NCBI GenBank assembly: GCA_015680685.1
Contig: MNCI01002962.1
Coordinates: 1 to 64,000, forward strand
DNA length: 64,000 bases
DNA from: Gnetum montanum
Lineage: Eukaryota; Plantae; Gnetophyta
Reading direction: 5' to 3'
The notes under the pieces were generated by a model. That model was not told the DNA's origin, did not search any database, and worked only from the letters and a program-made list of their open reading frames with translations. Positions 1 to 13,500 of this stretch are shown in pieces. Position 1 is the stretch's first letter, and each line of letters opens with the position of its first letter. A program made the position numbers and the translations under genes.

Positions 1-139
1 GATGTCATTGTAATAAGGTGTTCACCCTTGTTCTCATGAATACCAATTATGTCAAGTCTTGTAATAAAGACCCGTTCACATGTCATCCCATTAGTTCCAT
101 TTCCCCTAATAATCTCATACCTACCTGATATTATTGTAA

Positions 140-187
140 GGAACTCGAGGACGAGTTTTCATTCAGTCATGGGGGTATGATGAGACG
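140..187 (+). mobile_element. Possible Ty3/gypsy 3' internal end / PPT-LTR junction
   Basis: GAACTCGAGGACGAGTTTT...GGGGGTATGATG resembles the end of plant gypsy internal regions before the 3' LTR; cut by the N gap. Confidence 0.35.
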
Positions 188-802
188 NNNNNNNNNNNNN
201 NNNNNNNNNNNNNNNNNNNNNNNNNNNNNNNNNNNNNNNNNNNNNNNNNNNNNNNNNNNNNNNNNNNNNNNNNNNNNNNNNNNNNNNNNNNNNNNNNNNN
301 NNNNNNNNNNNNNNNNNNNNNNNNNNNNNNNNNNNNNNNNNNNNNNNNNNNNNNNNNNNNNNNNNNNNNNNNNNNNNNNNNNNNNNNNNNNNNNNNNNNN
401 NNNNNNNNNNNNNNNNNNNNNNNNNNNNNNNNNNNNNNNNNNNNNNNNNNNNNNNNNNNNNNNNNNNNNNNNNNNNNNNNNNNNNNNNNNNNNNNNNNNN
501 NNNNNNNNNNNNNNNNNNNNNNNNNNNNNNNNNNNNNNNNNNNNNNNNNNNNNNNNNNNNNNNNNNNNNNNNNNNNNNNNNNNNNNNNNNNNNNNNNNNN
601 NNNNNNNNNNNNNNNNNNNNNNNNNNNNNNNNNNNNNNNNNNNNNNNNNNNNNNNNNNNNNNNNNNNNNNNNNNNNNNNNNNNNNNNNNNNNNNNNNNNN
701 NNNNNNNNNNNNNNNNNNNNNNNNNNNNNNNNNNNNNNNNNNNNNNNNNNNNNNNNNNNNNNNNNNNNNNNNNNNNNNNNNNNNNNNNNNNNNNNNNNNN
801 NN

Positions 803-3800
803 CAAAAAAATCACATACCTCAGACTTGCTTAACCATACACCGTGACACTTACAAGCAAGCCTGGGAAGACAACGAACGATTAACCCCAAGTGTTTCTTG
901 TGGTGTTAAGGCATTTAGTCTGCGGAGTTCGACCGGATCACGCGTGCACGCTCGTATTCGTATGGTTGAGTGTAGGGGTACCTCGCCACTCATCACCCAC
1001 ATATAGTTTTCTTTAAGATGTCATGATCTTTATCAAATTCATCAAAGTGTCCATTTACAAATTTATCTCCTCTATCACTTATTATGGATTTGATCTTTGA
1101 GCTAAGCCTATTCTTCACCAATTTCTTAAAATTTTAAAATATCCCAAACACTTCATCTTTGAAATGGAGGATGTAGGTCCAAGTGTACCTAGAGAAATTA
1201 TCAAGCAACATCAAAAAAAATTTTACATTCTTCTTGAGAAATAATGGGCATTAGATCCACAACATCCATGTGAATCAACTTTACAACTAGACCATAAGTT
1301 TATTACAAGGGAACCATAAGTTGCAACATGACTCAAGCACCATTAGATTGTGGATCACATGACTATGTCACAACCTAAGTGCAAGTCGAAATGAACAAAT
1401 AAAGGGCCATAAGTTAAGCATGACTTAGTCGCAACTAATAATTGATCGTGATGAGCAGACAACAAGGAACCGCACAAGTCAACCACAATTAGTCAAAGAC
1501 CACATTAGGTTGAAACATAGAGGTCGAGAGTAGCACAGCATGGGATCGCAATTGAGACATAACCTAGCCATAAGCTAATATGACTACAAGAAGGATGCGA
1601 GGTCAGTGTGAAATAGAAACTGAAACCAACATGAACTAACTATGATTTATTCTCAGTTGTGGTGGACTAGTGCTAAGGTTATGGTATGACAAAAAATGGT
1701 AGAAACAAAGATCAAATTTAAAATTTAGGACCTAAAAACTTCACAATTACTCCTCAAACTTTGAAGAAAGGTTGCTAATGATCAAATTCAAGGTTTTAAA
1801 CCTTTAATTGAATTTGTCCTCAACATTTACAAAAATGACTTAAACCCTTAAACTTAACTTATTAAACATAAAATCCACTTCGAAGCCAAATCAAAACCTT
1901 GGAAATGACTCACACAACTTGGAAAGCTTGGCAAAAACTCATGCACAAAGGAATATGTGCTTAAACATGAAATAAACAAGAAACCTTCATATTCTCACAT
2001 GAAGCAAAGCAAAAATGACATGAACATACCAAATGGAAGTGAATCCCTTTAATTACAACATCAAAACATTTTTATCTCTTTTAATAGATTGACATAAACA
2101 TAAGAGAACATGAGAAACATTTTAGAAAATTGAAAGAACATAAAACTTAAGAGCATATGTGAGAAACATAAGAAAACGCTTGTAAACTTAAGAGATCATG
2201 AGAGAAATACATGTGAGAGCTTGAGCAGAATCCATGGAAGGGAGCTTCACTCCTCAAGATCAGAGAATCATGCTACAAGAATGCAAGAAAGGAAAATAGG
2301 AGAAGCTAAAAGAGCTTCCCTAAGCATACAATGCTTGCACAAGAACACTCAAAAATTGAAGGGAGAGCTTTTATTCACTTCAACTTAACAATTAAAGGTA
2401 GGTAAGAATGGAAAGGGTCCACCCCTATTTATACCTATTTGTGGAGAATTTTGCCTCTAGGAACATGGGCCACATATGAAGTCTCTTGGCCCCTTCTTGC
2501 TTTTTTTAGCAATTTGTTCAATCTCTAATTTTGTAGGATCCTTTTTCTTCAAACAAAGATACTTATAATTCCTGATACATCAAAGTGAACAAACCAACAT
2601 CAGAGAAAATGAAGATGAAGGAGTTATAAAGTACACATTCATACTATTTGTAACACATATCTATACAAGTAAGTTGAGAAGGCTTGGAAGAAAGACTCTT
2701 GTAAGTTCTGGTTCAACTAACATGTATAGCATTTATGCTAATTCGGGCAGTGGTCAGGGAGTTATGACCTTGGGGAAGAGATTTAGCTACATGTAGAAAA
2801 AAGGATGCTCTAGCACCTTTATTCAGCAACAGTTACTATTGATGAGAATTCCAAAGATAAAAGAGAGCAAAAAAGCCAAGATATTAAAGGCAACCTAGAC
2901 TACAGATCTTTACACCTTACATTAACTCAAAGCTCTATCCATGCTAACTAATCATCAAGCCACTATTGACAAAATCCTAGAGAAAATTAGGCTTTGACTA
3001 TAGCTTGAAATGAACTTCAAATGGGTAGGGATTTCCATGCGAAGGAGATTCAACAAAAGGATTGAATGATGCTTGAGTTGAAAAGGTACACAAAGCAACT
3101 AGAGCAGTTGATAGTTAATGAATGGAAGGTATGAACTATCAAGATTTTTGACAATGCCCAATCTTTATTTTTGTTACTTATTCATCACTCCATTATCAAG
3201 TAGATTTTTGCATTTTGAAGTTATGTATTAAAGAAGCTTTAAGAAACTAACAAAAATAGCTAAGAAAACCTTAGGAAAGCATAGTTTATGCTAGAAGACA
3301 AAAGCAAAGAGGAGAAAAGTTCATCCCACATGAGAGGAAGTTCAAAATCCTTTCTACTTCTCAAGTTATAAATAGAGGCCAAGGACATCTCTTGTAACAC
3401 AATGAAGCATTGCATTTGAGCATTAAGCAATGAAGTGACGATATCTCTCATCAAGCTTCTCTTCCTTCTTTCATGATTATCTTTTATGCTCTTGAGAGGA
3501 TGTTCTAGTTCTCTATTCAAGCTTCATGAAGAGCAACCATCTCTTACATTCTTGTAGTCATGCTTCTCCCATTTTTATGTTCTACCATACTGGGGCCTAG
3601 CTCATGAATTTCTCACAATTCTTTCATATAACTCTCTCATTCTCAAAACCCAAAGCTCTCACAATTCTCTCACTCAAACCCTCACCATTCTCTCACAAGA
3701 ATTTGTTCAAGATGAAGAAGCTCATACATCCAAAATATGGTACATTTTATGTTTATATTTCATGCATATTTTAATTGAAGTTATTAGATTTTTTGTTTTA

Positions 3801-5576
3801 TGTCTCTTAGATAACTTTAATTATACAAGGATTGTTTAGGTTATTAGAAAACTTAATACACAACTTATTAATTAAACAATTCATCATTGTACATCTTTCG
3901 TAATCATATTGTTCATATTCTACAATCATTCTTGGTATCTTTTAATCTTGTTACGAATCTCTTCTTCGGAACTACTTCTTCTTATTCCTATTCTTTCATT
4001 AATTCTTTCTTTGGCTACATCCTTAGGATGTTTACCTTTTCTTGTTACTCATGACAGATCTTGAGGGAATTTTTCCAGTTGTTCAATCTTATGTGGGTTG
4101 GGCCTTCTTAGGCTCCTCAAAGATTTACAACTTGACCTATTACGAACTACTATCTCGGTCATAGCTTGTCGCTTTCTAATCTTTCTTCTTCATTCCATTG
4201 TAACCTTTCAAATGATCTTCTCATCCTCTTTAGGAAACTAGACCAAATTACGAATAACTCATCTTAGATCTTTTTGTCCTATTTAGGAAACTTCACTTCT
4301 TTCTCTTATGAACAACTTAGTAACTTTTTTGCTTCTTAGATCGTAAGGACTCCTCTCTTCGATTATGTTTCTTAGTACTAACTACTTTCTTACTTTGAAC
4401 ATGTATCTTTGATTTCTTGTGGTTTTAATTTTAATTGTCTTTGGTGCAATGCTACATCTAGTATCTTTTTTTATGATTCATTGTTACTTGTACATAATAT
4501 CTTCTTAATCTTTAGATTGGTTCTTACCACATCTTCTGATTCTTCATGTATCTCCTTTTAACTAATTGACAGCTACTTATGTTCCATAGATAAGGTCATA
4601 ATAGTTTGCATGATCAGTCACATCACTTTATTATGATGTGATTACAAGTGATTACAAACAATCTTGGATAGTTATGAAATTGATGATTGTACATCATGTC
4701 ACTATCATATTCTAATAGAAGCTTTATTAGAAATATTATATCTCTAAGCATTTGTAGAAATGTTTATGTATGTGTGTTGGCTTGAAGGCCACTCTACATA
4801 CGATGTTTATAAAATGAATGTTAATGGTTTTTCCTCCAATACATTAGTTGAATATGTATGAAGTTTCCCATGAATAATATTTGTAGAGATTGGAGGTTTT
4901 TTACATGTATTTTAGGCAAGTTTTACTTAAATAGAAAGACTAATCTTAATGGCTCTAGTTTGAATCTTTATTTTAGATGTTTTATGTAAGATTTCAAGAG
5001 ATCCAAGCCTCTCAATGCTTGAGGTCCTCATGCTCTATATTTCTAAGCACTTTTCCTATAAGGTAAGCCTTATTTAAGTTCATATTTTGTGTTAAAGCAT
5101 GGGCACTTCATGTTCATGGAAGCCCTCTTTTGTATATGTCAAAGGGTATGTTAATTTTCATGTTTTAAATGTATGGAAGTGGCCACCCAATGACTCTAGA
5201 ACAAACCTCTAATGTCATAGCCTATTTCTAAGCACTTCAAGTGCATATTCAAACCCAATTTGTTGTCTAAATTTCATGTTAATCTACCTATCCATGAAGA
5301 AGTTCATTTGCCTCTAAATCCATTTCATGTGGTCCATATTCATATTATCTAAATCCTTGTCCATGCTACATAGAACTGAGCTCCATATACTATCTTCAAA
5401 GTGGTTCAACTATGGAATGTATTAAATCTTCCGTTAATTTGCAGCTCCAACTCTTACTTTGCATTTCCAATAAAACCATAATCAAAACACGATCCATGGT
5501 TAACTCATAGTATGCATAGAATTTGAATGCCTCTATTTCAAGCCACCACCAGTTTACCACGAGTCACGGTATTACA
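803..5576. mobile_element. Degraded LTR-like non-coding retroelement sequence
   Basis: LTR-type TATA contexts (CCCTATTTATA about 2422 on minus, TATAAATAGAGG about 3368), TGTAACA at 2649, GTATTACA ending about 5576; no TSD or coding remnant found. Confidence 0.3.
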
Positions 5577-7504
5577 ACACAAGGCTACCACAATTCATGA
5601 TCTTTACAAATTAAATGCAAAAGAAAATGGTAATAGAATGACATCTTTTGAGGCCATCATGACCTGAGCACAATGCTCTTTCAACTCCATGAAGAAAGAT
5701 TTTTCATTTCACTATAGTGCAAGCATATGTTCTTTTTGTGGCCTATAGCTGTTGGATGCTCAATTACTATCATTATCTAACTTTTGCATCTTTTCATATT
5801 GATAATGGGAGGGTTTTACTATTTTCAAGGAAAAATCAATGAATGTCACTATTCATATTGTTCAACATGACGTGATGTAGATAAGACATGGTAATTCTGT
5901 GTAGCTTTCAGACCATGCTAAAATTTGGTGACTTAAGTATCACAAGACTTAAGGAAACGCAAATCATCTTATATTAGATAATAAAAGAATGACACATAAT
6001 CAAAGTTTTAACTTTAAATTAGATTATATGAGCTTGTGCACGCTATGTTGTGCACATCATAATTCATCAACTAACAACTCTGTAACTTTTAATTCTTTAT
6101 TAAGTTGAAATAGTAACATACCACATATATTCTTACTCACTATAGGTTTAAGTGTTTTTTATTTTATGCTCTATATTTACCTAAAGTACTATTTTTTTAC
6201 CATTTTATATGATTTTAAGAACCATCATTTGCTTTGGTAAAACAATTTTCTTTCATAACTAAACTAATTATTACACTTCTCATTATGTATACTACCACAT
6301 ATAGTGATACTAATACCACCGTTCACAATGAATGTTAATATAGTGGATTTTCATCAATGTTAAGCTTCCTATCAACATATTAAACCTTAACATCATGATG
6401 ATAAAATAGGAAAAACACATAACAAATGTTGTAATGACCACAAACATTATCACCGAATGATCCGATAAATGTACTAATTTCACTAGCCACAGTAAAACAT
6501 CCAAGAAAAAAGCATAGCAAAAATAATTAATGACAATTAATACATAATAATTGTAGGTTGAAAGTAACATTTTTTACTTTAACTATCATTATTGCAAATT
6601 AATAAGTAGGTTACAACATCGCACCTACAATATCATAGCTATGATACCGTATGCTTTTATAGAATATGTCAAATGCAATGTTTCTATAGTAGGTACAGTC
6701 TATAAATACTACCCACCTACCACATTGAATGCACCATTTGGATCAATAGTATAGTCAAAACGATTGCAATTTTCTTCTATCATATTTAGAACAATCAACA
6801 AGTGCCCACAACATGATGTAAAATAGTTATCTTGGGTCTTTATTCGAGTGTATTATACCTGGACACATTGCATGACAACAAACTAAGACTAGTTTATTCC
6901 ATTTCAGCACTCTGATTTAGCCTAGAATTTACAATTAGTATAAGTTATTTAGTTATGCACATAGCTTAATGTTTACTTTCTTTCGCACTTACAATAATAA
7001 TTTATATTTCCCATGTATGTTAAATATGCAATCAGTACACCTAACTTTGAGCATAAATACATGATTGTTTAGTAATCTCAACAATGTTGCCACTTTGGCA
7101 TCGCATGAAGCACATGAATCATTAACAATTGTTGCTCAAACCACACTTCATAAAAGCTTCATTAATTCCAAGCAAGCTAATAAAGTTAAAAGCATCAAAG
7201 CTAGTTGTAAAAAATAACGCTACATCAACAAGAGGGTCTACCAGAACCCAAAAAATAATCAAAGTATATTTAAAAAGCAAATTCAAAAAGGTATATCATG
7301 AGAAATTGCAGAACTATGATCCCAAACTATATGCAGGTCATTAGATATTGCAATTGAAAAAACATGAAGAAAAATATCTTTTATCATGATGAAAACTAAT
7401 ATAATATAAAATGAAGATGTATCATAAAATATTACATTGTTGTCAGTGAAGTTATGTTTTTTATAAAAGTTAAAGCTGTTGTATTTTGCAACTCTAATAC
7501 AGAA

Positions 7505-7571
7505 TTACCGACTTTGCCTGCCGGCGGCGGCTCTTGATACAATAGGCACGGATTCAGATGATCGCTCCAAA
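7505..7571 (-). CDS. AP3S: AP-3 sigma exon 7 with TAA stop
   Basis: AACAG| acceptor; in-phase LERSSESVPIVSRAAAGRQSR*. Confidence 0.9.
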
Positions 7572-10500
7572 CTGTTGAACAGATTTCAAAATTAATTTTA
7601 CAGTTAGAAATTTGATGTTTAAAAGAATAGAATAAAAAATCAGATTCCAACCTTTATTAATTATTTACTTAAGTATTTCTTGAACAGCTTCCATAACTTC
7701 ATGAGAATTGGTTTCCACAACTTGCCCTCCAACTATCATTTCATCTAGCACGGTATGCAACTGGCAGACACACTAGTAAGAAAGATTTTGAAAATTTAAA
7801 AATGACAAATGAAAAAGGAAAAAGAAAAAGAAAACACTATCATACATCTTTCACATATTTCAAACGGCTAATGAATGAACTAAGAAAACTCTTAATTTTA
7901 AGAAATGGCATAACCACAAGACATACAACCCAAAAAAACTATGCCACATGTTCAACTAAAACTTGCAACTTGATCATATGGGGATGGATGATGGTTGATA
8001 GATATTGTTTCTTTTTAAAATGCATACAAAGATAATATTCATATCTTCATGGGTTCATGGATTTCACTGTAATATTTATATCTAGAATAAAGTTTGTGCA
8101 ACCTTGTATCAGCATTTTATCATGTCAATCTTTACAACATTTGGTAGACCTGAAATAATGGAACATGCTGCAGAATAAAATTTGAAACACTTTATGAGAA
8201 CATGTGAACTTTGGAATTTGTAGTGAAAGAAATCAAACAACCTTTTAAAGATCTTATAGTTCTTTCAAAGTTTGTTGCTAGAAATTGAGCACAAGGATGG
8301 TCTATTTGAACCTAAGGTTTTGAACTTTGACATGTGTCTAATTTCTCATGATGTTTGAAAGAGTCACTTGTACCGATCACTTGTACCGACCATTGTAGCA
8401 GTTCGCATAGATGCACTGATTAAACGAACAGAGAATGGCTGATCCACCAGACATTATCTGAAGCAATGAATGCCCTTTTGTACATGCAAGCTACACTTAG
8501 GGTGCTAGGCATGAAGAACACGAGCAGAATTGTGATAATTGTGCACAAATGAAAAAGTTCTGAAAATACCTGATTTTAACATCCATGCTTATTTATTCGC
8601 AAAATCTCAAGCATGGTAAAAAGACATGATTTCTCTATTAATTTCTTGATTGTTTGATGGAATCCTTGTTGCCGCCATTGTTATTATTTGCTTAATAAAA
8701 AGCTTGATTCCGCGAAGTCTCGGATGGACTTGTCAAATATCCTTGTTACATGTTAATATTCCTTTCTTGCAGATGGAACCCTATTTCTTTTAGGTGTTTA
8801 ACACTATTTTTGAAAATACAAGTGGCCATAGGTGGCATGTAAGAAGTTTATCCTTAGTAGGACTGTCTTATTCATTCAATCATTTTTTCTCAAATATGTG
8901 AACTGATCAAGATTCATAGTTGCAAGAAAAACATGTTGATGGTGAAAGGACCGAGTCTGATTTAAAAATTCTATTTTAGGCATAGTCTATTTTAAGACTC
9001 AAATAGATCTGATTTTAGTTTCTCAGTTTACGTCTAAACACAGCTCTGAGTAGGATGTTTATTCTAAAAGCTTGAATGTTACTGTTGAACACTGATGTCA
9101 TATGTTTCGTTTGCGGTTTTTTCTTCTTTTTTGAACAGAATCAAATTGTTGCTACTTGTTAAGTATTATATATCTGTATTCATCTATATATTGGCCTCTA
9201 CTACTGATTTGTAATAAGCATGGGTAGAATATTGTCCAATGTTAGATCATGTGCTAAGTTACTGTTATCTGATTTGTTAACAGTTATTGCGCTAGTGCTA
9301 AGTTACTGTTATCTGATTTGTTAACAGTTATTGAGCTAGTAACTTAACTTTGGTAACAATTTAGAGTTCGATGCTGGTTTCGCAAATTACTAGAGGTTAC
9401 TCTGTTCGATGCTGGAGTCCCAGAGACAGCGGCAGCAGGCGGAGCAGGAGGAACAGACCCGACTTAGGGAGGAGGAAGAGCAGAGACAACGGCAGCTCGA
9501 CCGCGCCCACGAGCATAGCACCCGGCAGTGGCTGCGGGGGGGACGGTGCCCATACCTCATGTTAGGTATTAGCAGCGAAAGTTCCTGGGGTCGCCTTCGA
9601 AGGCACATCCGCCGAACCTCGGCACAGTGCCACCCCGACGCCGGCACCTCCACGGATGACAGGAATAGAAGGCAGGCGTCCATGCAGGGTCTCCAGCAGG
9701 CTGCCAGTTTCATGGACACGGAGGAGCACCGCAATACCTTGGATCTCCTGCATGAGCTGATTCGGCCGGATTGTGCTTGTAAACAGCTCCCCACCAACCC
9801 CTAAGGTGGTGGGGGGTCATCGTCGTCGTCGNNNNNNNNNNNNNNNNNNNNNNNNNNNNNNNNNNNNNNNNNNNNNNNNNNNNNNNNNNNNNNNNNNNNN
9901 NNNNNNNNNNNNNNNNNNNNNNNNNNNNNNNNNNNNNNNNNNNNNNNNNNNNNNNNNNNNNNNNNNNNNNNNNNNNNNNNNNNNNNNNNNNNNNNNNNNN
10001 NNNNNNNNNNNNNNNNNNNNNNNNNNNNNNATTTTTTAAAATTAACGCTAGCACATTTACGCCAGAAGTGTGTACTAGTTTTTTAAAAGATTCTACTTCT
10101 TCATACTATATGTTAATTTTTGTTCAGATCACCCATTTAGGGACTTGACGAATTAGAATAGCAAGAAAATATCATATATAATATTTAGTACGAATGTGAT
10201 TTTCTAATGTACATGAATTGCATCAAAACTTTTAGGATCTTTCTTATTCAAATTACTCATAAAAATACTCTATAATTGAAAATGAAATCTACTGCTATGG
10301 TTGCTATGTTCATATGAATTATATATATATATATATATGAATTTTTGTTATTGCTGTAAACATGTCTCATTTATATCAATTAGTTAATTTATGTTAAACA
10401 TTTTCAAATTTTATACATGCCAAGCACTTTTATGCATGTTTGAATGAAATGGATGATGAAAATATGAACATTTAGTTTTTCCTGCTGTCTTTTTCCTAAC

Positions 10501-13500
10501 TTTGTTATTTTTAAAGCTATTAGGACATTTTCCTAGGATGCTATAAAAGACTTGTTCGTAACTTTTTAGTTAATGTTGTCGGAAGAATTAATAAGTTTTG
10601 ATCATTGTTAAATGGTCCTCATCCATGCCTACATTTCATTTATTCTCGAAGCATGAACAGGCAAAGAATTCATTAAAATGTTTTTGAAAGGTTTAACATT
10701 ATGATTATTAAATAGAAACACCAATAGTTGGTCCCAAGGGTCCATTTGCCCAACAATTGGTCCCAAGGTCCATTTTGCCAACCCAGGCTCCACCATACCA
10801 TCTTGCACCCTTATATATTTGGTCCCAAGGGTCTGTTTGCCCAACACTCAGTACCAAGGGACCAACTGTAGGCAAAACAGACCCTCGAGACCGAATGTTG
10901 CCCAAACGAACCCTTGGGACCAAGGGTTGACCCAACGAACCCTCCAGACATTGTGTTGGCCACATGGACCCTTGGGACCAAGGGCTGGCCCAACGGACCC
11001 TCGGTACCAAGTGTTGGGCAAATGGACCCTCGGGACCAAATTTATAAGGGTTTGTTCAGCCAACAGTTGGTCCTGAGGGTTTGTTTTGCCAAACCAGGCT
11101 CCACCATACCATCCTGCACCCTTTTAAATTTAATGGACCCTTGGGACCAACTGTAGGCAAAACGGACCCTCGGGACCAAATGTTGCCCAAATGGACCATT
11201 TGGACCAACACTTGGTTCCCAAGGTCCATAAGGCCATCCCTTTGTGCTGAGGGTCCATTCGGTGAACAGTTGATCCCAAGGGTCCATTTGACTAACCAAC
11301 ACTTGGTCTGGAGGGTCCGTTGGGCCAACCCTTGGTCCCAAGGGTCTGTGTGGCCAACATAATGTCCGAAGGGTTTGTTGGGTCAACCCTTGGTTCCGAG
11401 GGTCCGTTTGGGCAACATTTGGTCTTGAGGGTCCGTTTTGCCAACAACTGGTCCTAAGGGTCCCAAGGGTCTGTTTGGCCAACACTTGGTTCCAAGGGTC
11501 CGTCAGGCCAACCCTTAGTGCCAAGGGTCCACTCAGTGAACAATTGATCCTAGGGGTCCATTCATGCTTGGTTACAAAATGCATATTTCTTATGCATTCT
11601 TTCTTTCTTCATAGTATTTGTAACCAGAATTCATTCTGTGTTTTCTCAGAAATCAACATTGGTTTCATTTATGAGTGATAATTCTTGTTTATGTTATATC
11701 ACTTAATAAAATTTTTAAGACTCAATGCTGCATATTCTTAATGTTTCATTCTTATGCCTATAAATACTTTCAAATTTATTTCTGTTTAGAAAAATCATCA
11801 TCTTCATTCTAGCCTTGTCCCAACAAAATGGGGTCGGCTACATGAGTTTTCTTTTTCCATTTACCTCTATGAAGAGCTAGATCCTTATCTATTTGCAATT
11901 TCTTCATATAACCTTCAATCATTTTTTCTATCTTTTTGGTTTTCTTTTCAATGGCTTTCCTATAATTATAATGTGACAACCTTTTTTTCGATAAGCCCAT
12001 CATATAATTTTTTTGGACATGATCAAACCATCTAGCATGTCATTCCTATAGCTTATTTAAAATAAAAACCATTCTAACACTTTTTCTAAAGTTTCTTGTG
12101 CAAGTTATCTTTTCTTGTACCATTTAGCATCCATCTAAGCATTCACATTTCTCCCACATTGTTGTTCAAGCTATTTTTATCTGCCAAAATCAAAACTTTA
12201 ATTACCCCAATAGATGATCAAGTTTCCTTCTCTTCCCAGCAACTATAAAGCAAGCACAAAGAGTGATAGTGGCCATAGACCTTTTTTGGCAGGGCTACAG
12301 GGCTTAAAGTAAATTTGACGGTGTATGCAATGTGTTGGTTTGGTTGCACATATCGGAAGTTTTGCTTTCCCAATATAGGTAGTATGTGCAAAGTTGATTC
12401 TGCTGCCTGGAATCAACTAAATTTTGTAATTTTCAAATGTATTAGTTTAAGTCCATGTTAATAGAAGCTGTTTTTTTCTTTATCAAAAAATAAGAATTTA
12501 ATAAAAAAATCACAATGATAGATTTCAAATAAACAAGTAAAATAAAAATAGTCATCAAGAAATGGGTATAACATGCCTTCATCAAATCTGCCACAATTAT
12601 TTCAAAATTAAGTCTTCAACAACGTGTACCAAAAATTGACAATACACAACTAAATTATATAAACTTATGGTCATATAATTTGATGCATATGAAAATTATA
12701 TATTTAAGTACCTTACTGAAATTGAATACAATATTGAGCTCACAAACATTTTTGAAGCATTTGTCCAACGCTTCAACAAAAACTGCATATGAAAGTGTTA
12801 AAAACCATTAAGAAATACAGGACAAGAAAGGAATCTCTTGCAGATTAACATTCTATAAAATCTCACATATGAAGTAAACAGAATGCAGTGACTGCAAAAC
12901 ATTTTCAATGTCCTACAAATAAGCTCTATCAACGAGCAGCAGATTTTATATATACCTTCTACGCTTAATTACGCTCAATATAACCATGAACTGATCATAT
13001 AATTTTACTGTTCTTGCTCTCATTCATTCCAATCCATGTAGAAAGCTTACTATCTAACGCCATGGAGTGAAATTTCATAATAGTTTATCTCATGATTTAT
13101 CTATTTAACTTCATCATACTCTATGGTTTAACCCTAGGAGTCAATCAAGATAATAAAAGATAGTCTAGGATCAAAACACTAAAGTGCCTATCTCACATCA
13201 CCAACCTTGAAGTTTATTTTAACAGAAAACACCTCTGACACTTAGTTGTCATAACGGTTTAGTGTAAGATTCAATTTACTTACCTTCAACATCCAGTGTA
13301 GTTTAACCCTATTAGGAAGCTATGATATCAAGTAAGAGTGCATGCTCAAAGCTCTGGTGATACCTAACTTCAGAAACTATATACAACTGACATTCAGAAG
13401 CTTAGTCAGCCAAGGCCTTTATTTCTCATCACTAACTTACAATTGTTTCTTCGCCTTTTATCTGTTTTCTTGTCTTTAAACAAAATACAGCTCTTGTAGT

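Noticed and set aside
159-890. Long ORFs in the ORF track (also 9710-10054)
   Set aside because: Artefacts of N gaps
9409-9804. Stand-alone host DnaJ gene
   Set aside because: Homologues lie inside TSD-bounded LINE copies in frame with ORF2; no introns or promoter evidence
10040-10080. Helitron-like 3' end (weak hairpin + CTAGT)
   Set aside because: Poor hairpin, adjacent to a gap, no 5' end found
10629-11678. Overlapping ORFs and a CRISPR-like look of the repeat array
   Set aside because: ORFs arise from stop-poor repeats; the repeats are degenerate, in both orientations, spacers recur, no cas genes, eukaryotic intron
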